Shown here one piece after another: positions 1-12,200 of a stretch of 64,000 bases of DNA. The number at the start of each line of letters is the position of its first letter. The first letter of the stretch is position 1. The notes beneath the pieces were generated by a model. The model worked only from the letters and a program-made list of their open reading frames with translations. It was not told where the DNA came from and did no database searches. The stretch is from Octopus bimaculoides (lineage: Eukaryota), in NCBI RefSeq assembly GCF_001194135.2, contig NC_069008.1, positions 17,124,829-17,188,828 on the forward strand, read 5' to 3'. Position numbers and translations under genes: made by a program.

Positions 1-257
1 CCTCCGACGAGGTCTTGGCTGGGGCCTCCGACGAGGTCTTGGCTGGGGCCTCCGACGAGGTCTTGGCTGGGGCTTCCGACGAGGTCTTGGCTGGGGCTTC
101 CGACGAAGTCTTGGCTGGGGCCTCTGACGAGGTCTTGGCTGGGGCCTCCGACGAGGTCTTAGTTGGGACTTTCAACGAGGACTTAGCTGGGGCCTCTGAT
201 GAGGATTTGGCTGGTGACTTTGACAAAGAACTTGCTTGGGCTTCTGATGAAGGCTTT
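1..257 (-). repeat. Coding 24-nt tandem repeat encoding (EAPAKTSS)n
   Basis: Plus-strand unit ggctggggcctccgacgaggtctt. Six near-perfect units, a partial unit at the edge, and four degenerate units toward 257. Confidence 0.95.
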
Positions 258-2824
258 TGATTTGGCTCCGATAATTCTTTCTTTGATAATGAAGAGGATT
301 TGGGCAGAGACTCCTCCAATGCAGATTTAGTGTGGGCCTGTAGCGAAGGTTTACTCTGCGACCCAGATGAGATCTTGGATGCACTTTCAGTTGGTTTAAT
401 GATGGATTTCTCTGAAGGATTGCTTTCTTTAATTAATGTTGTGGTCAGCTTTGTCAGTGTTTTCTCCTGCATGGAACCAGCCCCTGCTAGAACACTCTCT
501 CTTGAAGCCAACTTCGAAGGTTCTTCCTTAGATTTCGATGATATTTCTCCCGCCGTGGATTTCTCTGCAACAGATTTCTTGGTGCCAATGCCATCATCAA
601 GACCAGCTGCATCATCAGCAGTTTTTGAAGAGACAGATGCTGGACTGGATTCCTTTAACTCTGTCTTTGATACATCTTTGGTTGATTCCTTACTTTTCAC
701 AGACAAAGGAGTCTTAGAACTTTCCGATACAACATTGGTCTTCTCTAATTTCTTCTCTCCATCTTCAGCAGACACAGATTTCTTTGTCACAGATTCACTT
801 TTAGAAGATTCTTTCTTCTTATCGGACGACAGTTTTTCCCCTCTGACGGACGATGACTCACCAGAAAAAGGTTTCACACTGGTTCCTTCTTTTGAACTTC
901 CACGTCTCTGTTCTTCAGATCCATCGTTCTTCTTTTCGGATGCCTTACAGAAACCCTTTGAACTGTCATTCTTATCCAAAATTCCTTCAGCCTTGCTCTC
1001 AGAAGGTTTATCAGAACTGGGTTTCAAACTGCTACCCAATTTGGAACCGCCAGAATCTTTCAACTTCTGGGGCTCGGATGAGATTTTCTTCACATCATTT
1101 TGGTCATTCTTGGCCTTGTCTACAACTTTAGGGTCAGACGTTACTTTCGACTTCAGATCCTCTTCAGTAGACTTAACTCCCTGTGGTCCTTCTTCTTTTG
1201 TTACACCTGTCCCCGTTCCAGGCAGTTTAGAAGCCACCTCATCCTCTGCCGTACCCACCCCACCAACAGAATCCCTTGGTTTCTCTGTTTTCAGAGACCC
1301 GACTTTAGTAGTTTCTGTATCGAGTTTAGATTCCGAGGACAAATTCTTCTTCTTGTCCACAGAATCTGTCTGGACGTCCGATATCTTGTTGCTTTCTTTC
1401 TCTGGTTCTGATTTCTCAGTCACGGTTGACTGACTGCTTGCTGAAGAGTCGTTCCCAGACTTTGAGGCATCCGCTTTCGGGATGGAAACTTTCAAACCAT
1501 CGCCAGAAGATTTGGAATCAGCCGACTTTGAAATCTTATCAGGAACAGATTTCAAAACTGCATTATCTGACGACTTCCCTGTATCCTCTTTAAGGGGTTG
1601 CTTGGGAGTTTTTGGTCCTTGTTTTAGATGTGGAGTCTTTGTGCTATCATCACATGGCTTGCTCAAAGATTTTTTCTCCTTATCTTCAGATTGGCTCTCA
1701 ACAGACTTGGACTCCACAGTAACTGTTGATGCCTTCAAAGATGGTTTAACAGTGCCAGAAGAATTTTCTACCTTGCTCTTGGAGTCTGGAATATTCTCTG
1801 CAGGCTTAGTCTTCAAAGTTGTGCTCTTCTGCTCGGGTTCGGTTTTCTGCAGACTTTTCTTCCCACTGTCATCAGCTAGAAGTTCTTTGGATGGTTCCGG
1901 TGCCTCAGAGCAATCTGCTTCACTCTTACTCGACGCACCAGCCTCAGGTTCAGCTTTCTTCTTATCCGGAACAATCTTTTCGTCCTCGTCCTTCTTTCCT
2001 TTACGACCGACAGACAGGTCGACGTCACCGCCGCCACCGCCTCCTCGTGCTGCTCTCAACTTCTCGCAGACTTCCTGCAGCTTCTCAGCAGACTTGGACT
2101 TCCGTCCTTCAACTTCTGGCCACTTCTTAACTCTATCGGTTTTCCCAGAATCTGATTCTCCGGCAGCCATCTTTGTGTCTTTCGTCACCGCCTCCGTCGT
2201 CTCCCCTTTCTCTTGTGGTTCCACCTTCGATGACAAAGGATTCTCTGCTGTCCCTCCTGTAACCTTAACCTCACCTTTCTTCTCCTCCTTCTCACCAATT
2301 CTGACAGATTCCTTTGTCAAATCAGCAGTAGTGTCATCACCGTCATTCTTGTCGTCAAACAAAGGACTTTTAATGCCTTGCTTTGAACGAGCGTCCATTC
2401 CTTGGTCAGTTATCGGTCTTTTAGCTTCTTTGGTATCACTTCCAGACTTCAGGCCAGCTGTAGCCTCACTCTTTGCATTTTCAGTTTGTTGTGGACAGTG
2501 CTTCTTAGTGACCGGATCCAGGTTTGTGGAACTCTTGTGCTTCTCCTCGCTCAACTCTGTGTCTGTTTCGGAATGGTTTCTCTTCCTGGTCTGCGACGGC
2601 AGGGTGGTCTCAGAAGCAGCAGTGTCACAGCTACTCTTGGACTCTTCAGCAAGCTTATCAGCTCTCACATGTCCAGCAGGTTTGTGGTCAGACTCAGGGG
2701 CTGTGCTGTCGTGCAGTTTGACAGAATCGACGGAATCCTCTTTGTCAAACTGTGTCTTTGACGGCTCCGATGTATTGGTGTTATCGTCATCTTGGGGTAT
2801 TGTGTCCTTTGTTGACGCTGGACT
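1..2824 (-). CDS. Very large exon, at least 941 codons of Lys/Glu/Ser/Asp-rich disordered sequence, truncated by window edge
   Basis: Poly-T plus cctccag| acceptor, phase 0 (SPASTKDTIPQDDDN...). Frame checked at 2824-2400, ~1490-260 and 1-260 with no stop. It is absent from the ORF track, consistent with no stop before position 1. Confidence 0.9.
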
Positions 2825-5312
2825 CTGGAGGAAAAAAAAAAAAAAAANNNNNNNNNNNNNNNNNNNNNNNNNNNNNNNNNNNNNNNNNNNNNNNNNNNNN
2901 NNNNNNNNNNNNNNNNNNNNNNNNNNNNNNNNNNNNNNNNNNNNNNNNNNNNNNNNNNNNNNNNNNNNNNNNNNNNNNNNNNNNNNNNNNNNNNNNNNNN
3001 NNNNNNNNNNNNNNNNNNNNNNNNNNNNNNNNNNNNNNNNAAAAAACCCTATTTTATTTTTACAATCAAATATTATTAGGAATTGTATAAAAAGACAATT
3101 GTTAAAAAATTCTGTATTGTGTGTGTAGTCTTTTATTTGTTTGTTTCAGTCACTTGACAGCGGCCATGCTGGAGCACCGCCTTTAGTCGAGCAAATCGAC
3201 CCCAGGACTTATTCTTTGTAAGCCTAGTACTCATTCTATCAGTCTCTTTTGCCGAACCGCTAAGTTACGGGGATGTAAACACACCAGCATCGGTTGTCAA
3301 GCGATGTTGGAGGGACAAACACAGACACACAAACATACGCGCACACACATATATGAAGGGCTTCTTTCAGTTTCCATCTGCCAAATCCACTCACAAGGCT
3401 TTGGTCGGCCTGAGGCTATTGTAGAAGACACTTGCCCAAGGTGCCATGCAGTGGGACTGAACCCGGAACCATGTGGTTGGTAAGCAAGCTACTTACCACA
3501 CAGCCACTCCTGTGCTCAACCAATTTATTGCAGATAAATTTTAACAAGAAAATTTTAAATGGACCCTAGACAAGAACCATTGGGTTAGAAGAACATTATT
3601 GAGGCCCCTTTTTACAGTTCGATGCCCTTCATCCTGCTAACCCTTCCTTGATTTTCAAGTAAGATTCTCTAAGGTCCTTCCAGTTGACTGGATCAACCAA
3701 ACAGCCTGCTCATGAAATTAACTTGCAAGTGGTCGAGTACTCCACAGACACATGTACCCTTAACATGGTTCTGAGGGAGATTCAGTGTGACACAGAAGTT
3801 GACAAAGCTGGCCCGTTTTGAATTACAGATACAACTCATTTTTGACAGCTGAGTGGACTGGGGCAACGTGAAATAAAGTGTCTTGCTCAAGGACACAATG
3901 ACTTTTCCAGGAATCGAACTCATGACCTTGTGATCGTGAACTAAACGCCCGTAACCACTAAGCCAGGAACCTTCTCAATGTGCAACATATAACAAAAGCG
4001 AGGAATGCAGAACTTACCTCAGGTCTCTTCTTCTCCAAAGCCGAGACACTGCAGCTGTCGTCCGAAAACCCTTCAGGAGGGTTGTCAGAGGATGACACCC
4101 GAGACTTGCCATCCTGGTTGTCCTCGACAAAGAAATCCTCCTCTTCCTCCTCCTCTTCTTCTTCTTCCAACTCCTCCTCCTCCTCCTCCTCCTCGTCTTC
4201 CTCTTCTAAATCCTCCTCTTCCTCTTCCTCCTCCTCCTCCTCCCTGGTCGTAGCTGGCACGGTGAGGTTGCTGTCAGACCCAGTCCCTGCGGTGCTGCCA
4301 ATGCTGCAGCTGGCCGCACCGCCGGTGGCGTCATCGGAGCTGCCAGTGGTGGCCGCCCCGTCGATCTCCACATCGATGTCGGACGAGGTGAACACCGGTT
4401 CAAATGGCTCCTTCAGCATTTTAACAACTTCGGTCTTGTGGCCACGCAGCTTGTTCTTCAGTCGATGGATGCCCTCCAGTTGGAAGTGGAGGTCACGCTG
4501 ATCGGGCAGTGTTGGGAAATTGAAAATCAACTTAATCCAACCGGCGAGGTCGGCATAGCTCATGGTCGGATGCCTTTTCTTATAATAGAGCAATTCAAGG
4601 GCCAGAGCCTTCGACAGCTGCGACGCTGGCACATTTGGGCTCTCGCCCTTCTGTAACAGTTCAACGGTGATGCCCAGCTTGTCGCAGAGGGGGCCGAGAT
4701 TTTTCTGCGGCTCCAAGAATGTCTCCTTTATCCAATCGACACCACCTCGTTTCAACCTGCGCCGTATTCGAGACAAGAAGTTAGAGATGTTTTCGGGAGG
4801 ATCTAAGAAGAGATTCTCAAATATTCTTGGCAAGATCTTAACAAAAGTGTAGTCCTCACACGAGTAGATGTAGTCGGTGATGGCAAACCAAAAGCCGTAC
4901 GTGGCACAGTCTTTCTGAAGTTTCTCCCATTCTTCGGCTGTCCATTCCTCTATTCAAAAGACACAAATAGACACTTTGTTAGTTATATATAAAAACAGAT
5001 ACACAAATACATGTATACACACACACATGCATGCATATATATATATATATACACACACATGTATAAACCTCCTTGTCTCACTGTCTGTTTCTTTTAGTTA
5101 GTGTCCACCACCCTACCCTGTCTCTATCCTCTGTCCCATATCTTGTGTCCACCCCCCTCCGTCTGTCCATGTGTCCTAGCTTCTCTCTCCTATCTGCTCC
5201 CAGTTTTCATCTTCCTCCCTGTGTCCATCCATTTGTCCATCTCTCTGTCTCTAACGTAACACCGTCTGTTTCTTCTTGCCAATTGTTGAGAGAGAGAGAG
5301 AGAGAGAGCGAG

Positions 5313-5356
<44 letters not shown>

Positions 5357-5419
5357 NNNNNNNNNNNNNNNNNNNNNNNNNNNNNNNNNNNNNNNNNNNN
5401 NNNNNNNNNNNNNNNNNNN

Positions 5420-5456
<37 letters not shown>

Positions 5457-6722
5457 AATCAAATAAATCCAAGAACTTATAAGAAATGATGAAGACGTCA
5501 AGATGTTAAGTTGTAAAGGAGTGATATTGTGAGGCTGTGACAATGCTTAGAGGTAAAGTTATGGAGATATAAAGTTGGTGATAACGTGATGCTGTGAAGA
5601 GGTGATGCTGTGAAGATGTGGACGTCTTGAAGACATGACACTGTTTAGATGTAATGTCTTGAAGACGTGAGGGCCGGCAAGAGGAGAGGGCCATGAAGAG
5701 AAGACGAGAGGGTTGTGAAGACAAGGGGGTGGTGAAGATGAGATGTTGTAAAGATATTAAGATGTTAAATTACGAAAATCTGATGATGTTCAAATGAGGA
5801 GTTAAGAGAGTGTGAAGATACAAAGGCAAGAATATATAAAACTGTTAAAATGGGAAGAGGAGAAGATGTGAAGTTTTGAAAACATGGTAAGGTGTAAAAG
5901 GCAAAGTTGTAAAGTAAAGGTGTGAAGATACCAAAATGTATCAAGATGAAAGCAGCAGAGACAAGCTGAAATTGAACCGCTCACCAGCAATGTCTCGGTT
6001 GATTAGTTTCTCAATGTTTTCAGCCTCCAATTCGAATTCTTCACAGCAGACTTTTCTCCAGTTTGAAAACTCTGCATCAACGTCACTTTCAGCTGCAGCT
6101 TCTGTAGGAGTCTGCAAGGGATACGGAAGAGAAGAGAAGGGATCAGATAGGGACAGCAACAACAACAAAAGCATGTGCTTAGTGGAAACATATGTAGCAA
6201 TGTTAAAGGATTTATGAATTTTCCATTCAAATATTCTCGCTATTGCTATATTTGTCCTACGCTATAGCCTAAAATAGGTTCAAATAGAAATCTTGATTCA
6301 TAAATATTCAAATTAAAATCCAGAAAATGGAGTAGTAACGTTAATAATAAAAATTTATTAACTGCAAAAATTCAACATATTCACTTACAGATGTTTCAAT
6401 TTTGCTCAAAGAATTAAATTCCACTCAGTAAAACATATCTCGTCAGAGGAGTAAAAAAGATATATCGTTAGGTTATTACATGTTATTCTTCCAAAACATC
6501 TCAACATCTTCAGTCTGTTGAGAGATGTTTTGGAAGAATAACATATAATAAGCTAATAATGCGTCTTTTTCACTCCTCTGATGAGATTTTGCCCAATGAA
6601 ATGTTTTAATTACTGGAATTTAATTCTTTGGGCAAAATTGAAACAGCTGTAAGTGAACATGTTGAATTTTTGCAATTAATAAATTATATTAATGCTACAT
6701 CTCCATTTTCTGGATTTTCATT

Positions 6723-6761
<39 letters not shown>

Positions 6762-9220
6762 NNNNNNNNNNNNNNNNNNNNATACATATATATGGGGGCA
6801 CAGTAAATTAAGAAAAACAAAATAAAAAGCAAGCCTTGTTGCTTGCCATGTTGACTTTATGAACATACCTGTGTGGACAGAGTATCTTTCGGTACTTCCT
6901 GTTTTTGTGCATTCTGGGATTGATCAGAATCTTTGGGCCCTGCCGACTCGTTCGTTGCTGCGGAGCTGTTGCTGTCCTCCTCCAGCTTCTGTGTCGACGG
7001 CTTTGTGTCGGAGTCAATGGACTTGGCAGGGGCGGCACCTGGAAAGACAGGACGACATTAAACATTCATGCACAGCAACAGATGATCACAACATAGAATT
7101 ACATCTCGCGATTCTGGGATGAACACCACAACACAGCACAGCAGTGGCACCTTGGTTATGTGTCTTCTAACACGGTTCCTGGCGCGAGTGAAACCTGGTC
7201 GAAGGAAACAGTGTGTGCATGCAGATAGGGACTTGATGTATAGGTCTCTGAGTGTGGGTTTATACAGAGCCCACTAAGAAAATGTATACACACTTCAGGA
7301 ATGGAATAATCTATATGAATATTTAATTTGTATAAATACCTCTATAAATATAAATACCTCTTTTAATGTTTTAACAAATTGCGATAACACCGAATTAAAA
7401 TATTTCTACAGATTTTTCCTTTCCTGATGTATGTGTACGTTGGCGGACTCTGTACAGTGCTGGAAGTATACATCTGACATGCTTGTTGCCGGTGAAACAT
7501 TTGTTTTGTGTGCTCTTGTGATTCTAAGTTGCCCCTCACCGGAAATCTAGACAGGGCTGTGGAGTCGGGATCGGAAGCAATTACGGGTTAGCTGGAGTCG
7601 GAATCAGAGTCAGTAAAACTATACCGAGTCCGACTCGCAATATCTTTATTCTTTAATATAAACCAGTTATAACATAGGGACCGACTCAAAGTACAAACAT
7701 ATGCTTATGCTTTTTAAGATATGTAGACCACAATTAATTAATTACGTAAAGAGGAGTCAGAGTCGGAGGTGCCAATAGTAGAGGAGTCAGAACTTTTTGC
7801 TTCAATTCCACAGCCCTGAATCTAGAATTTTAGTGACTCTCAAATATTTTTTACCTATGGTCCCCTTTGGTGCCCCTTTTATTCTACTGGATCCCCATAG
7901 CCATTTGATATTTTAAAAAGCCCCTTATATTTTTATATTTAAATAATATTAGGAATTATACTAAAAAGTGGTTAAAATATTTTGTGTACTATAGAAATAA
8001 AATCAGTTAATGGTACATAAACTTTAACAACAAAACCTTATATGGACCCCCAGGGGTCTTGTGGACCCTGGCTGAAACCCGCTGGTTTAGATCTCAAAGG
8101 GTTAAACTTGTTTAGGGGTTCCGGATACTGGTGAGAATATCAAGTGGTGGCGGGGGACAAACACAGACACAGACACGATAAGCTTCTTTCAGTTTCCACC
8201 TATCAAATCCACTCACAAGGCTTTGGTCAGCCCAAGGCTATTGTAGAAGACACTTGTCCAAGGTGCCTCGCAGTGGCCCTGTCTTGTACTGAACTGAAGC
8301 AGACCCTTTTGCAAATCTATAAAAGATTTAGGGTTTGCCTTTCCCTTTCTTAAAAGCCCAGCCTTGTTTTTTCTGCTTCCCTTTTCATGAGAGTGCTAGA
8401 ATTCACTTCCAATTGGAAGCAGGGCTTCTTTGAGACAGGATTCCTAACTGTCACAAGAGCGATACCAGAACACCCAACAGTTGAAGGAAGCTGTTTCGGC
8501 AGCCTTTGCAACAATCACCAAAGCACAACTTCGTAAAATATCACAGAGGACATGGTGCCACGAAAATGATGGTGCTCATACAGACCTCCTCGATGTGTGT
8601 CTGTGTCAATCTAAGTAAATACATCAAAACCATTTCATGTATTTGATATTATCATATTGTTCTTCTGTTACTGTTTTTCCCTTTTTGGTAGGGAGTGACA
8701 ACAAGACTTTCGCACCACCCTACACTGCTAACAATAATAATCCTTTCTACTATAGGCACAAGGCTAGAAATTTGTGGGCGAAGGGACTAGTCGATTACAT
8801 CGACCCCAGTGCTCAACTAGTATTTATTTCATCTACTCCGAAAGGAATAAAAAGCAAAGTCGACCTCGGTGGAATTTGAACTCAGAATGTAAAGACAGAC
8901 GAACTGCTACCAAGCATTTCACCCAGCATGCTAATGCTTCTGCCAGCTCACTGCCCTAACAACAGCAGTCACAACGTCTGACAATAATAATAATAATAAT
9001 GATAATTCTTTCTACTATAGGCACAAGGCCTGGAATTTGGTGGGGAGGGGGCTAGTCCACTACATCGACCCCAACGTTTCACTGGTACTTACTTTATCGA
9101 TTCCAAAAGGGATAAAAGGCAAAGTTGACCTCGGCAGAACTGGAGCTCGTAACGTAAGGAGGAACGAAATGCCACTAAGCAGTTTGCCAAACATGATAAC
9201 AATTTTGCTAGCTTGCAGCC

Positions 9221-9261
<41 letters not shown>

Positions 9262-12200
9262 CCTAGGTATGCTAATCATATGCTTCCTTTTCTAACCACA
9301 CCCAATACCACAAAGGGGATATTTTTGTCATGTGGGGAGTATACTTAAATGAGTTCACCCTAGGACGTGACTGGTATCTTATTTTATCTACCACAGAGAG
9401 ATGAGAAAATAAAACAATTGGATGTTGGTGAGATTGGAGCTCAGAACGTAAAGCGATGTTAATACAGTCTAGCGCTCTACCGAGTCTGCCAGAAAAAGAA
9501 AAAGAAAAATCAAACAATACAATAACCGACAATAGTATCACCATTAGCAACAACAACAACAGCAGCAGCAGCACTACAATCATCTCTAACAACACTGCAA
9601 CCGTCGGCAAATAGCAACGACACGCTCAAGCACTGTTAGCAACGACAACCATGGTGCCATGAGTAATATTAGTGACAACTACTACAACACCAATAACACT
9701 GTTAGCAACAACAACAATGATCACAATAGCAACACCAGAAGCACCATTAGCAACAACAACTACTGCTGTGACGGCGATGGCAACAACAACTACAAACAAT
9801 GCTAGTAACTACAATGGTAATAGCAACACCGACACGGTTAGCAACAGCACCCAACACACCGTTAATAAAAGCAAAAGAAAAGAAAAAAAGCGACCCCGAC
9901 ATCAATAGCAACATTAAGAGAAGCAAAAATAACATCCACCACCACCACCACAACAACATTGCTAGCAACAATACCCACAGGACAGTTAGCAACGACAAAC
10001 ACTTTTGCTTCCTCTCCCCAGCATTAGCAACAACTACACTGCTGCTAACAATAGCAGCAATTGGAACAACAACAACAACAACATCAACTACAACATAGCC
10101 AACAACATCAACTACAACACTTGTTAGCAGCACCATTAGCAACAACACCAATAATTAGAAATAAACAGAAAAAGAACGAATGTGCCTTGCCAAATGCACC
10201 ATAAGTGTGTGTGTGTGTGTGTGTGTGTGAAACAGAGGGAGAGACAGAGAGAGAGAATGAGAGTATAAGCATAAAACACACACACACACACACACACATA
10301 TGTATATATATATATATATATGTGTGTGTGTATGTATGTCAGAGTAAACACATACAGGAAAACCTGTGTGAGTAAAGAGAAAAGGAACATAAAAAATGTG
10401 TGCATGTATATGTGTATATATATATACACACACACATATACATAGCTATATGTATGTATACACACATGTATGTGCATATATATCATCATCATCATCATCG
10501 TGACATAAAGACACCCGTTTCTGTCTCTCTCTAACCTTTCATCATCCGACGCAAGGTCCCCTCTTCCAATGCCCCCCACTCCTCACAAAGGATCTTTGTC
10601 TTGCAAGTTACTCGGTGACCCTGTCAGTGCAGGTGCCACTTAAAAGCACCCTGTCCACACTGTGAAGTGGTTGGCGTTTGGAAGGGCGTTCAGCTGTAAA
10701 AAACATTGCCAAAACTGACCTCGTAAAAAGGCACCAAGTCCACTCTGCTGGGTGGTTGGTGTTAGGAAGGGTATCCAGCTGTAAAAATCGTGCCAAAACG
10801 CACAGAAAAAAGGTGCAGGCATCCGCCCGGCTGGTGCCGGTCAAGCCATCCCACCCATGCCAGCACGACTGATGATATATGAGTAATTACCAGGTTACGA
10901 GAGAGTGATAAAACTTGAGTTTAAACAGTCATCACAGCAGATTTCAACCCCACAAATCTAGAACTGTAAACGATCTAAACCCCTAATTGCTAAAAGAAAC
11001 TAAAAGCAAACCCCTAATACAGTGGTTCCCAAACTTCTTCAAGCTGCCACCCGCTTCGTTCTAGGGGCCACATTCCTAGTGCTCCCACCCCCAACTCACC
11101 ATCACAGGCAGAAACCATTTTCTGCAGCAAATTCAAAACAACAGTATTTCAGGCCCCGTTTTAGTCACCCCATTATAGCCCCATTTTTCTTCAACATTTT
11201 AATTCCTAAATTTACGTACAAGTCAATTTGAACTCTGAACCACCGTCATCGTCTCATCGTCATTTAATGTCTACTGTCCATGTTGGCATAGGCTGGACAG
11301 TTTGACAGTATCTGAGGGGCCATAAGGTAATGGTAAGATCCAATGTCATCCACAGCATGGTTTCTACGGCTGGATGCCCTTCCTAATGCCAACCACTTTA
11401 CTGAGAGGACTGGATGCTTTTTATGTGGCACCAGTACTGACGAGATCTGTTTTGGAATGGTTTCTACGGCTGGATGCCCTTCCTAATGCTAACCACTTTA
11501 CAGAGTGGCACTGGGTGCTTTTTACATGACATTAGCACTGGTGAGGTTGTTGTGTAGCTTGCAAGACAGAGAGAAAAAAAAAAAAGAAAAAATAAAGGGG
11601 GAAAAAATTCCCTTTGCTAAGAGGTAAAACAGGTGTTGAAAGGCTGAAGTAAGAGAGAGGGAGAAGCACATAGAAGATGGTTTCTATGGCTGGATACCGT
11701 TCCTAATGCCAACCAATTTAGAGTGTAATGGGTGCTTTTTATGTGGCACCAGCACCAGTGAGGTTGCTATGCCACTTGCAAGACAGAAAAAGGAAAGGGA
11801 AAATCTCACAACGACGTTAACAACAGCAACAACAACAGTAACAACAGCATTGATGACAACAACAACAACAACAAGAAATATATAAGGTCCCATACTAAAG
11901 GACTTAGTTTACTGACCCCCCTCCCCATCCCCTAACACAACACCCTCTCAAACGACGAAACTCTGGTGGGATTTGAACTCGGAAGCTGAAGATAACTTAA
12001 GGGATGCAGCTCGGTGTATCTCAAACTTAATAAAGATGATTTCTAACAGAGGGGGGTGCAAGGGCACAAACTACGAGGGCTGGAGTGCCAGGGGTTATAT
12101 TGGGAATTAGGGATTAGATGAAGATCATCCCCTAACCTATTTCACTTTGTAATACCATCACCATCATTTAGTTCTTTGATTATTTAAACAAGCCATATTA

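Noticed and set aside
15-3128. Long plus-strand ORFs 15..260, 300..1433, 1482..3128 (and 3980..4501)
   Set aside because: Antisense shadows of the K/E/S-rich minus-strand exons. They are S/F/L/V-rich, have no splice logic or recognisable domain, and one runs through an N gap.
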